A stretch of DNA of 47,199 nucleotides from Parcubacteria group bacterium LiPW_15 (GTDB lineage: Bacteria; Patescibacteriota; Minisyncoccia; UBA6257; 2-01-FULL-56-20). Location: positions 403,576 through 450,774 of the forward strand of contig VMER01000001.1 of assembly GCA_007375645.1 (NCBI GenBank). The letters run 5' to 3'. Below the pieces are notes generated by a model that did no database searches, was not told where the DNA came from, and saw only the letters and a program-made list of their open reading frames with translations. Positions 17,945 through 26,182 of this stretch are shown here, in pieces. Each line of letters opens with the position of its first letter. The first letter of the stretch is position 1. The position numbers and the translations under genes are program-made.

Positions 17945-18518
17945 TGTTATCTATATCATCCGTTTCTTCCGAAGATTCCAAGTGGCTTTCTCCAAGCTTC
18001 TCGCGAAGAACCCTGAGGGCTCGATGTTGTAATAGCTTTATTGCACCCTCGCTTTTATCCATCGTAGAGGCAACCTCTTTAACGGACAGATCTTCCACGA
18101 ACCTCAGTATCAAAACATCCTGATATTCCTGCTTCAAATCTCGTATGACCGCCATCACCCTCTCAACTTCAAGGTTTTTGTCCAAATCCCCTTCGCTGAA
18201 TTTATCCGCGAAAGCTTCCGGATCCGTCTCCTCCAAGGAAACGGTTTCCCTGCGGGCTCGATAATGGTCTACCACCTGGTTTCTCGCAATCTGATAAAGC
18301 CAGGAAGAAAACGGGTATCCGCGGTGTTTATACCTCGGAATGCCGAGCCAGGCATTCAGAAAGACCTGATGGGTCAAATCCTCTGCCTCTTCCCTGCCGG
18401 CGACCTTCAGGAATAGGAACCTGTAGATCTGGGGCTGGTAATGGTCATATAGCGTGCCAAAGGCCTTAGGGTCTCCGCCTATGGCCAAAGCGACGATTTT
18501 TTCTTCACCGTCTAACAT
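17937..18518 (-). CDS. RNA polymerase sigma-70 factor, ECF subfamily
   Basis: Region 2 (YDHYQPQIYRFLFLKV...DLTHQVFLNAW) and region 4 HTH (LSVKEVASTMDKSEGAIKLLQHRALRVLREKL). Confidence 0.85.
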   Translation of the reverse strand: MLDGEEKIVALAIGGDPKAFGTLYDHYQPQIYRFLFLKVAGREEAEDLTHQVFLNAWLGIPRYKHRGYPFSSWLYQIARNQVVDHYRARRETVSLEETDPEAFADKFSEGDLDKNLEVERVMAVIRDLKQEYQDVLILRFVEDLSVKEVASTMDKSEGAIKLLQHRALRVLREKLGESHLESSEETDDIDNNE

Positions 18519-18683
18519 ATATAACGTGTGGTTGGGGCTTTTGTTACGCCTTCCTTAGACGAAAAGACCCTCGAAACGGGTATACCTAATCTTAAATCTC
18601 CAAAGGAGTCTAGTCAAAGTCCGCGGGTTACGAAAATTTGACGGTTCTTGAGCTTTTGCGCCGGCTGAACCATAATTAGACCC

Positions 18684-19469
18684 ATGAAGAAGTTACTTAT
18701 TTTTGTCCCAGTGAGTCTTTTGGTTACTATTTCCCTTCCCGCCTTTGCGGCCGAAAAGACATGCGATCTGAGCGGCGAGTACAAGTCGTTCGCTTTGGCC
18801 GTCCAAAATCCCTCCTATTCCCAGGAGGGCATCCAAAAAGAGCTCTCGGCCCGTGCCTCTCTCCTTTCGGTCGCAATAGGCTGTGCCCGAGAAGACGTCA
18901 TTGACCTTAAAAACCAAATACTCACCGACGATAATACCTCCGATTCCGCGAATCAGATAAAGGAGCGCGTGGTTGAATCCTTGGACGAGGCTATCCGTTT
19001 CTATGACATGAAAAAGGATTCCATTAAGGACCAGGGCATTCAGGGAACCAAAGATCTGGCCAGAGAAATAAAAGTCTGGAGAGACAGTAATTACGACCAA
19101 CTTTCCGGCAGGGTTAAAAATTTTATGCTTTGGAGTTCTAACCAGTCGCTTTTCGAAAAGGCTTCCGACAGGCTTTCCCAATCCCAGCTGGTAGTCACCT
19201 CCCTCAAAGTCCTAGAGAACGAGGATTCCGAAAAGGTTTACTACGACGCTAAATTAAAACTGGAAACCGCACAGAAGCTGAACGGCGAAGCTGGAGCGGC
19301 AATCGCCCGCGGCGCCTCTTCGGAAGAAACATTTGGCATGATAAAAAACTCTTTGGAGGCTCTCTCCAATACTTATAAGAATTTTTTCGAGATAAGCGGA
19401 AAACTTAATAAGACAGACGGCGTGGACGAGCTCGTCCCGATGACCGATAGCGACTCAAAAGACGAATAG
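18684..19469 (+). CDS. Secreted helical/coiled-coil protein, function unknown
   Basis: Signal peptide MKKLLIFVPVSLLVTISLPAFAAE. Divergent from the ECF sigma operon. Confidence 0.55.
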   Translation: MKKLLIFVPVSLLVTISLPAFAAEKTCDLSGEYKSFALAVQNPSYSQEGIQKELSARASLLSVAIGCAREDVIDLKNQILTDDNTSDSANQIKERVVESLDEAIRFYDMKKDSIKDQGIQGTKDLAREIKVWRDSNYDQLSGRVKNFMLWSSNQSLFEKASDRLSQSQLVVTSLKVLENEDSEKVYYDAKLKLETAQKLNGEAGAAIARGASSEETFGMIKNSLEALSNTYKNFFEISGKLNKTDGVDELVPMTDSDSKDE

Positions 19470-19565
19470 ACGAAGCCGCAGATCTTCTCTCCTGTAGCAA
19501 TAATAAAACGCCCACCCCTCACAGGTGGACATTTTATTTCATAAAACTTACGTAAAGTTTATTCC

Positions 19566-19841
19566 TTAGAGAACGGCTTCTTTCAAAGCCTTTCCTGCTC
19601 GGAACTTCGGCTTAATGGAAGCCGCGATGTGAATGGTCTCTCCGGTCTTAGGATTCCTGCCCTCTCGAGCAGCTCTCTTGGCAACGCGGAAAGTTCCGAA
19701 ACCGGTGATCGCGACATCCTCGCCGCGGCTCATGGTCTTGGTGATAACATCGATGACCGCCTCTACCATCCTTTCTGCAGCGGCTTTAGTTTCGATTTCT
19801 GCGGCTTTTTGTACCGCTTCTACCAATCCTGCTTTTGTCAT
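19566..19841 (-). CDS. hup: Nucleoid-associated DNA-binding protein HU
   Basis: I moved the start to MTKAGLVEAV (ATG at 19841). GFGTFRVAKRAAREGRNPKTGETIHIAASIKPKFRAGKALK is the canonical HU/IHF arm. Confidence 0.9.
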   Translation of the reverse strand: MTKAGLVEAVQKAAEIETKAAAERMVEAVIDVITKTMSRGEDVAITGFGTFRVAKRAAREGRNPKTGETIHIAASIKPKFRAGKALKEAVL

Positions 19842-20302
19842 GTATTTGTTTGGAACCCATCTCAGAGATATTTCCGGCGCGATATGAACAAATTTTTTGG
19901 AGACCAAGGAAAGAGGACGAGGGTGTATCCTTTGCGATACACCAAGGACGAATGACGCTGGTATCCGAGAAATTTGTCATATCCCGAAGGGTTGCTGTAG
20001 TTTTTCCGATCCGATTCGTTGTCGCTTCGGAGCCGTAATGCAAGATTACTGTCTCCTTGCGCCGCCTTTCGGCTCATAAAAACTACTTGCAACGCGACTT
20101 GGGAATATTTCTGAGATGGGTTCTTATCGGAATAGCTTTCGCTTTGGCTTATAGTTTTCTCGGGAATCCGCGGAAACTCTCCGTCTCCCCTTTTAACTAC
20201 TCACTACTTGCTACAAACTACTCACTATTTTACCGACCTTTTATCTTGAGTTAAGTATAGCAAACATAAGGGTTAATTGGAAATCGAGCGCAAATCAACC
20301 AT

Positions 20303-20569
20303 TTAAGGTTCCGCTTTCCAACCCAAGCTATTGGTTATGCGCTTTTTTAGCTGACCGATAATACTACCGTATTCTTTTATGCTTCCCTCTCTCTTTATGG
20401 CATCAGTTCTGCTCAGGTATGCCTCGTAGTAGACCAGTTTCCATGGCCGACCAACCTTCGTGAAATCACTTCTGCCAAAATTGTGATCTTTCAATCTCTG
20501 CCTTAGGTCAGAGCTATAGCCAACATAAATCAACCCCTCCCTATTTTTTAATAGATAAACGTAAAACAT
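20303..20569 (-). CDS. GIY-YIG nuclease superfamily protein (stand-alone URI domain)
   Basis: FYVYLLKNREGLIYVGYSSDLRQRLKDHN motif. 88 aa. Confidence 0.8.
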   Translation of the reverse strand: MFYVYLLKNREGLIYVGYSSDLRQRLKDHNFGRSDFTKVGRPWKLVYYEAYLSRTDAIKREGSIKEYGSIIGQLKKRITNSLGWKAEP

Positions 20570-20619
20570 TACTTAAAATTATATCCTAGCGAGAACAGCC
20601 GACATATTTGTAAACAAAA

Positions 20620-20646
20620 CCCGGACAGTCCAATGGACTGTCCGGG
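20620..20646. terminator. Hairpin terminator after the S-layer-like gene; member of a repeated hairpin family
   Basis: CCCGGACAGTCC-AAT-GGACTGTCCGGG: 12-bp stem with an A-rich 5' flank and a T-rich 3' flank. A near-identical copy lies at 31230-31255. Confidence 0.7.
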
Positions 20647-20691
20647 TAATGTTTTCTGCCTCAGCCGTCTCAAGCGGCCGAAGCGAGATGG

Positions 20692-23600
20692 TTATGTTCC
20701 GGAAGCGTACGCGACGGAATTGACAACCGCAGGAACGACGGTGGCCGGAAGGTTCACAGAGGAACCGGAGCCATCAAGAGCGTTCACGTAGGTTACATCC
20801 GTGGTAGCGTTCACGGTTACAGCCAAGGTCTGGGACACACCATTCGCTCCAGCCGGAGTGTGAGCAAAAGAGTTCACACGCACGTTGAAGGTCTTGGAAG
20901 CGCCAGCGCTCAAGACATAACCGGAAGTTCCGGTACCAATCGTGAAGGTAAAGGTACAAGTACCACCGCTAGTACAAGCTCCAGAAGTAGCAGTACCTTG
21001 TACAACCGCACCAGTAGACGGATCGAAGAGTTTCACATCATCCGCAGCAGCACCGTTGTTGGAGAGGAAGGTCGAAGTCGGCAAGCTACCAGTGATGGTA
21101 AGCTTGACCTGGTTCAACGATACAGATCCAGCATTAGAAGCCGCAAAGGTGATGGTTCCGATGTCGTCAATGGAAGTCTTAGCGCGACCGGAGGTCGAAC
21201 CAAGGCCAGCCACAGACATGGTCATCGCGCTCCTCAACACAGTCTGGGTGTTTCCAACCGGGCTGGACAAAACGTTGGTCGCGCCAGCGTTGGAAGAATT
21301 TCCAAGCGCAGTCACGATAGACGAGGTGGCAGCGTATTCGGTGGAAGTACCAATCAAGAAGGTGCTGGTAGCGTTGTCGGTTGCACCGCCGGAGACGTAA
21401 GAAGCAACATCACCCTTCAAGACCAAAGTCTTGGAAGAAGATTTCGCAACCACAACCGGGGTAGCAAAGTGGAACGCATAGTTGTAACCGGCGCCAGAAG
21501 ACGAAGTCACAAGGTTCGCAGAAGCCACAGCGGAACCAGCCGTTCCGACGGCAGTAGCGCCATCGTACAAGGTGAGGTTACCGAAGGAAGACTTCGTGTT
21601 TGCCGTGTTAGTCGCCACGCGCTGGAAGATTACCAAGTCGGTGATCTTCACGTCCTCAACGTTGGTCGTTTCCGTGAAGCGGAACGAGGCCAAGGAGTTG
21701 CCGGTGGAGCCCATAACGAGCTGACCGGTCGGAGCAGTACCGGAATCGATACCGATCGTGAGGGACGGAGAACCGCCGATGGTCACAACCTGACCAGTCG
21801 CAGCCGTGCAGCTAACGGAGCTGTTCGAAGACGAACCGGTTCCGGTGCAGCTAGACAAAGTCGTAGCGGCGCCGTTCTGGGTTGCGGCATTCGAGAGCAC
21901 GTCGGCATACACGTCAATGATGGTCGTTTGACCAGCCGGAACGGTGAATTGAGTGCCAGAGAAGGTGTAAGAAGTGGTCGCGCTCAAAGTCGAGTACGAA
22001 GTACCGAATTGAGTGGAGCCGATCTTAACAGCCAAGTTCTGGTAGTTCACGTCCGCGCCTGCACCAGTCTGGATAGTAACGTTGGAGATCACCACGCCTT
22101 CCGCCGAAGAGGCGGTCACAGCGTAGGAACCGATCTTCGCGTTAGCAGTGTTCTTGGTGAAGGTCTGAGTACCAACCGCGGAGTTAGCCGCAGTGGTCAC
22201 AGCATTCGCAGCCAAGGACAAGCTGCTTCCGGTTACGGTACCAGTGTTGCTGGTTTGGCTCGAAGTCAAACCCTGCAAGTTGCTGGTGTTGCCAGTTAAA
22301 GCGGCAGTGACGGTAGTGAAAGTCGCGCCAGTCTGGATGTCACCCTTCAAAGACAAGACCCGAGTAGTGTTAGCCGGGATAATGTAGTTGATCGGAGAAC
22401 CAGAGGTGCCGAAACAATCATTGTACACGCCGCCCGCGCTGTAAGCCGCAACGCCAGAACCGGTACAAGTGTTGCTGGAAGGCGGAGTGTTGATGGTCGT
22501 GCCAACTTGGCCGCCAGCATCATCCACCAAGGCAACGTTCTTGATCTGAGTCGTGAGGGTCGAAGTTACGCCAGTGAAAGTCAAGGAGAAATCCAAGAAC
22601 TTCACTTTTACAGCTTCACCAGCCGCGTAGATCTTGAACTTAGCGAGAGTCACGTTGGACTGGCCCTTGGCGAGGTTACCGGTTGGGGTATCGCTAGCCA
22701 AAGAAACGGTCAACTGACCTTGCTGGATGGTTACAACGGCACCAGAACCGCCGTTCACGGTAACCGTGATCGAGCTGTTGTACTGGGTATCAACCGCGTA
22801 AGCATCAAAGGAGTTCAAGAGCTGGAACTGGAAAGTGTAGCTCGGCGAACCCATAACATCGGCGTAAACCTGGAGGTTAGAAGTTCCAGTGTTCAAAACC
22901 GCGTTAGCATTCGTCAAGTCGAAGTACGCATCTCCGCTCGCGTCAACAGAAGTCAAAGTGGAACCCACCTGGGTGCCGTTGACGTAGAGTTTCACGTTCT
23001 GGATGTCGCTCTTGTTAGCGGAACCGGTCACGCGGAACTTCAAGGAAGAAAGCTTCACTTTGGAGTTCGTAACGCTGGCGGACCACTGGGAAACCAAGAC
23101 GTTCTGAGTGCCGGCGAACACAGTGCTGCCGACGGTGGACGAGGTTATCGTCAAACCAGCGAGAGCCGGGTTCGAGACAGTCGAAACAGTCAAGGAGTTA
23201 CCCATGAGCGGGAAAGCTCCAGAAGCGGTGATCGCGGTGTTAGCCGAATCAGCCGCAGTTACATCGCTCGCAGCATTGAGCTTGAAGGAAACGATGTTTC
23301 CGGCAGTAGCGCCAGTCACATCAACCGCAAGCCAAAGTTTCCTGGTCTGACCAGCTCCCACGGACAAGCCGAGGTTGGAGAAGGTGATAACACCCTGGTT
23401 CAAGGAAACGTACTGGGCGACAACCTTGCCGTTTTCAACCAAGTAGGCTCCACCAATGGAGCTATCGGAAACGACACCGGTCTTCGTGAATTTAACCTGG
23501 TTAAGGTTGACAGCGCCCGAGTTACCGGCAGTGAAATTCACAGCCATAACCGGAACGCGGCCAGCGCCGTTAAGCAGGGATCCGGCAACCGGGTTGTCAG

Positions 23601-24078
23601 AGGCCAAGCCTACGGACAAACCAGAAGACGGAACGACAACTCCGCCACCGCCTCCGGAAGGAGGGGTAACAACGCCGCTCATGGAGTTAACATAAGCGCG
23701 GGTCTTAGGACCGAAGTAGCCAGCAGCCGGGGAAATTCCTACAGAAGCCTGAAACTTTCCCAAGGCAGCTTGGGTCATAGAACCGAAGTAGCCAGTCGGG
23801 GCAGCAATGGCGAGGAATCCCTTGTTGATCAACATCTGCTGAAGAGCAGTTACGTCAGCTCCTTTACTACCAAGGGTGAGGTCCGTGGTGAAGTTGTAGG
23901 AACCGGTGGAACCGCTGCCAGAGCCGAGTTGAGATTGCAGCATCTGGATTTGGGCCAGAAGAGCTGCGATCTGCGCCTGCAAGTCCGCAGAGGACTGTGC
24001 AAAAGCAGACGGGGTCGCGCCAACGATACCAACTAAAGTGGCAACGGAGAGCGCAACCGAAATCATTTTCTTACTCAT
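20692..24078 (-). CDS. Large cell-surface (S-layer-like) protein with an N-terminal peptidoglycan-binding domain and repeated beta-sandwich-like modules
   Basis: Signal peptide MSKKMISVALSVATLVGIVGATPSAFA, a coiled-coil segment, then a PG_binding_1-like segment (GSKGADVTALQQMLINKGF...GYFGSMTQAALGKFQ...GYFGPKTRAYV). After that about 900 aa are rich in T/S/A/G/V, with recurring NVxL..F..TG......I.NVKLY..G..VG modules. Confidence 0.7.
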   Translation of the reverse strand: MSKKMISVALSVATLVGIVGATPSAFAQSSADLQAQIAALLAQIQMLQSQLGSGSGSTGSYNFTTDLTLGSKGADVTALQQMLINKGFLAIAAPTGYFGSMTQAALGKFQASVGISPAAGYFGPKTRAYVNSMSGVVTPPSGGGGGVVVPSSGLSVGLASDNPVAGSLLNGAGRVPVMAVNFTAGNSGAVNLNQVKFTKTGVVSDSSIGGAYLVENGKVVAQYVSLNQGVITFSNLGLSVGAGQTRKLWLAVDVTGATAGNIVSFKLNAASDVTAADSANTAITASGAFPLMGNSLTVSTVSNPALAGLTITSSTVGSTVFAGTQNVLVSQWSASVTNSKVKLSSLKFRVTGSANKSDIQNVKLYVNGTQVGSTLTSVDASGDAYFDLTNANAVLNTGTSNLQVYADVMGSPSYTFQFQLLNSFDAYAVDTQYNSSITVTVNGGSGAVVTIQQGQLTVSLASDTPTGNLAKGQSNVTLAKFKIYAAGEAVKVKFLDFSLTFTGVTSTLTTQIKNVALVDDAGGQVGTTINTPPSSNTCTGSGVAAYSAGGVYNDCFGTSGSPINYIIPANTTRVLSLKGDIQTGATFTTVTAALTGNTSNLQGLTSSQTSNTGTVTGSSLSLAANAVTTAANSAVGTQTFTKNTANAKIGSYAVTASSAEGVVISNVTIQTGAGADVNYQNLAVKIGSTQFGTSYSTLSATTSYTFSGTQFTVPAGQTTIIDVYADVLSNAATQNGAATTLSSCTGTGSSSNSSVSCTAATGQVVTIGGSPSLTIGIDSGTAPTGQLVMGSTGNSLASFRFTETTNVEDVKITDLVIFQRVATNTANTKSSFGNLTLYDGATAVGTAGSAVASANLVTSSSGAGYNYAFHFATPVVVAKSSSKTLVLKGDVASYVSGGATDNATSTFLIGTSTEYAATSSIVTALGNSSNAGATNVLSSPVGNTQTVLRSAMTMSVAGLGSTSGRAKTSIDDIGTITFAASNAGSVSLNQVKLTITGSLPTSTFLSNNGAAADDVKLFDPSTGAVVQGTATSGACTSGGTCTFTFTIGTGTSGYVLSAGASKTFNVRVNSFAHTPAGANGVSQTLAVTVNATTDVTYVNALDGSGSSVNLPATVVPAVVNSVAYASGT

Positions 24079-24330
24079 TTATTATTTTTAATCGACCAGT
24101 GCTTTATTTGTTTTCGACATAACAAGCACATGAGTCGACCTTTTGTTTTTTGTATTATTACGCTCGACCTTTTATTTGTTTGAGTTTACTCCGGAAATCC
24201 CGCTCCCCGGCTTTTCGACCATGCTCACCTTTTGTGAGGAAAAGATGAAGATGAACCAAGATGCAGGATGTAATAGCTAATGGATGTAAAACTTGGAAAC
24301 CTAAGGGTGCTTTCCAAGGGGCTTAAAAAC

Positions 24331-24475
24331 GAAAAACTCGCTCTTTTAAGCGAGACTAAAAACAAGGCGGTTATGGTCTATGGTTCCCGTAACTCCGAAA
24401 ACCTATGACCTATCACCCATTCACGATTCCTTGTTCAGCCTCACACTGAACGATTCTTTCGCGGGTTTCTAAACT
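24331..24475 (-). ncRNA. Candidate stand-alone small RNA (about 145 nt) of unknown family
   Basis: TTGACA (24511-24506), 18-nt spacer, TAAACT (24487-24482) on the minus strand. Transcript ends at hairpin CTCGCT/AGCGAG (24337-24354) followed by T5. No ORF with a start signal. Confidence 0.4.
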
Positions 24476-24603
24476 TGATTCAGTTTAGCTTTTCCGCCCA
24501 TTTTCTGTCAAATGCAGGAGCTCTTTCTGGCTCCGATCAAACTGCTAACTAAGGTAACGTTAATACCCCTAAAAGGTTACTTTTTGCGCCATAGGTATCT
24601 GAC

Positions 24604-25299
24604 TTATGCGGAGACCGCAACCGCCACCCGATAAGAGGTCGCCGGGCCGCTCTGCCCTACCCTCTCAATAAGTCCTTGTTCGGACAAACGTTCTAAATCA
24701 TATCGCAAGGTTCTTTCACTCACCTCCGGAAATCCCTCTATAATATCTTTCATTCGGCAATTGCCGGATTGCCGAATTCTTTGCAGAATTGCCGATTGCC
24801 GAATTGCCGCTTGCGGGGAAACTTGGCGCTCGGTTTGCGGCTCGGCTGGCTCCACGGCCTCTTCGGAATTAGTTATGGCCTCAAGCTCTTTATTTATCAC
24901 CTCCGGCGGAATCTCCTTCTTTTGAATGTCAGCCGTAAGCTTAGTCCCCCGTTCGGTTCCACTAGAAAAATTCAATTTGATGGGTTCAATGTTTCCGGCA
25001 ATGGCATTATATCCGGCAATTGCCGAATTAAGATTGCCGATTTCTAAAACCAACATTTCCACGTTGCTCTGATGGATAAGCCCGGTGTCTCCGCCAAGGC
25101 GGAGATAGTATTCCAAAATTTTGGCTTCGGCGTTTGCCGCATTCATATTGCCGTAAATTGCCGAATCGAAAAGCGAAAGGCAATGGTTTTCCAGGTATCC
25201 CGCAATCGGACGATTGCCGATATTGCCGGATAGCCGGAACATCGCATAAGCGATCTCATAAGCCTTCTTTTCGATTTGCCGAATTTGTTCGTTTTTCAT
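24604..25299 (-). CDS. DeoR-like winged-helix transcriptional regulator with a helical N-terminal domain
   Basis: C-terminal wHTH ILQRIRQSGNCRMKDIIEGFPEVSERTLRYDLERLSEQGLIERVG. The N-terminal 110 aa are predicted helical and four-helix-bundle-like by eye. Confidence 0.7.
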   Translation of the reverse strand: MKNEQIRQIEKKAYEIAYAMFRLSGNIGNRPIAGYLENHCLSLFDSAIYGNMNAANAEAKILEYYLRLGGDTGLIHQSNVEMLVLEIGNLNSAIAGYNAIAGNIEPIKLNFSSGTERGTKLTADIQKKEIPPEVINKELEAITNSEEAVEPAEPQTERQVSPQAAIRQSAILQRIRQSGNCRMKDIIEGFPEVSERTLRYDLERLSEQGLIERVGQSGPATSYRVAVAVSA

Positions 25300-25350
25300 T
25301 GCCGGATTAGTACGCCCAGTATATCCCTTGCCGGATTATGGAGTCAATAA

Positions 25351-25379
25351 TTGACCGAGGGTTAAATACCTGATAAATT
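25351..25379 (+). promoter_or_regulatory. Promoter of cassette A1
   Basis: TTGACC, 17-nt spacer, TAAATT with TGa extended -10. Homologous in sequence to the A2 promoter, including the TTGTCGG just downstream. Confidence 0.55.
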
Positions 25380-25419
25380 GTCGGTAGCGCTGAATTCCAA
25401 AAAGAGGAGGAGGAAAGTC

Positions 25420-25650
25420 ATGCAGACCGTGAACAAGCTCATCGACGTCAAGCCCTGGTGCCTGAACGCCAAGCCGGGCGATGCGAGGGTCTTCTCTGTC
25501 AGAGAGGAAGTCACACAGGAAACAGCCTCGGCATTCATCCACAAAGTGAACCAGGAACGCGGTCGGATCAACAACGTCTGGGTGGTCGTCGAATCGTTCG
25601 CCTGCGCTCCCGAACCGACGACCAGGATCCGCGTCCACTGCTCGCGCTGA
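25420..25650 (+). CDS. Small protein A1 (76 aa), unknown family, paralog of A2
   Basis: ATG preceded by AGAGGAGGAGGAAAGTC. Shares WCL.AKPG...VF.V....TQ..ASAF and a C-terminal R(I/V)HC with A2. Confidence 0.65.
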   Translation: MQTVNKLIDVKPWCLNAKPGDARVFSVREEVTQETASAFIHKVNQERGRINNVWVVVESFACAPEPTTRIRVHCSR

Positions 25651-25681
25651 CCCCCATATCTCTTCAATCTCCAGCCCTTCC

Positions 25682-25706
25682 GCCGCCCTCCCGGGCGGCC
25701 TTTTTT
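25682..25706 (+). terminator. Intrinsic terminator (cassette type)
   Basis: GCCGCCC-TCCC-GGGCGGC followed by CTTTTTT. Confidence 0.8.
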
Positions 25707-25734
25707 ATTCTTTGCCGGATTGCCAAGCCAGTAA

Positions 25735-25763
25735 TTGACCAAAATTAAAATACTTGGTAGTTT
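25735..25763 (+). promoter_or_regulatory. Promoter of cassette A2
   Basis: TTGACC, 17-nt spacer, TAGTTT with TGg extended -10. Confidence 0.55.
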
Positions 25764-25796
25764 GTCGGAGGTATTGAAGCTAGGGAAGGAGAAGGA

Positions 25797-26042
25797 ATGG
25801 TGAACATCGTGAAGACCATCGCCGGAGCCGAACTCTGGTGCCTGAGCGCCAAACCGGGCGCCATGGAAGTCTTTTACGTGAACGCGCGCATCACCCAAGC
25901 CGAGGCTTCGGCTTTCGCTGGCCAGACGAACAAGAAGCGCGCCGAGATTCGCATCGAAGGCCGCATCACGGCGACCGTCGAAAGGACAGTGAGCGTTCTC
26001 GGCGGCTCGACGACCCAGCTCCGCATCCACTGTTTGTTCTGA
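25797..26042 (+). CDS. Small protein A2 (81 aa), paralog of A1
   Basis: SD GGGAAGGAGAAGGA abuts the ATG. Alignment with A1 is clear by eye. Confidence 0.65.
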   Translation: MVNIVKTIAGAELWCLSAKPGAMEVFYVNARITQAEASAFAGQTNKKRAEIRIEGRITATVERTVSVLGGSTTQLRIHCLF

Positions 26043-26060
26043 GCCTCTCACCCTCCCTCT

Positions 26061-26096
26061 GCCGCCTCCCCAGGGCGGCCTTTTTTTATTTTTTTC
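26061..26096 (+). terminator. Intrinsic terminator (cassette type)
   Basis: GCCGCC-TCCCCAG-GGCGGC followed by a long T run. Confidence 0.8.
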
Positions 26097-26123
26097 AAAA
26101 GTTTTGCCGAATTGCCGAATTAA

Positions 26124-26151
26124 TTGACAATCCGGCAATCCCGAATATCCT
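26124..26151 (+). promoter_or_regulatory. Putative promoter of cassette B
   Basis: TTGACA, 16-nt spacer, TATCCT. The -10 is weak. A CGGCAA motif copy sits inside the spacer. Confidence 0.35.
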
Positions 26152-26182
26152 TATACCCAGTAACGCGGAAAGGAGTGCGAAA

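Larger units (their letters stand above)
24755..26138. repeat. Dense array of the TTGCCG(G/A)AT motif in both orientations
   Basis: 22 exact TTGCCG/CGGCAA hexamers in this span, plus one more at 26885. Coordinates are listed in the findings. Confidence 0.85.

Noticed and set aside
19842-20302. RNase P RNA, SRP RNA or a TPP riboswitch in the hup upstream region
   Set aside because: Neither strand contains the GAGGAAAGUCC / ACAGAACCCGGCUUA P4 strands, the SRP GGAAG...AGCA domain IV motif, or the TPP CUGAGA...ACCUGAUCUGGAUAAUGCCAGCG core. Only partial look-alikes occur, such as GGAAAGAGGACG and CTGAGATGGG.
20860-24036. Very long plus-strand ORFs (479 aa at 20860-22299 and 509 aa at 22507-24036, plus shorter ones), antisense to the S-layer-like gene
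   Set aside because: Their translations are Arg/Ser/Gly-rich low-complexity strings with no start signals. They are the expected artefact of a GC-rich, stop-poor antisense frame. The minus-strand product has a signal peptide and recognisable domains.
25362-26138. 258-aa minus-strand ORF, and the 209-aa plus-strand ORF at 25838-26467, spanning the small-gene cassettes
   Set aside because: Both run straight through promoters, SD sites and three intrinsic terminators. The short ORFs that start at strong SD sites and form paralog pairs explain the region better.
24755-26138. CRISPR array, as an explanation for the repeated motif
   Set aside because: The repeat units are only about 10-12 nt. They are irregularly spaced and occur in both orientations, mostly inside a coding sequence. 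There is no repeat-spacer periodicity and there are no cas genes.
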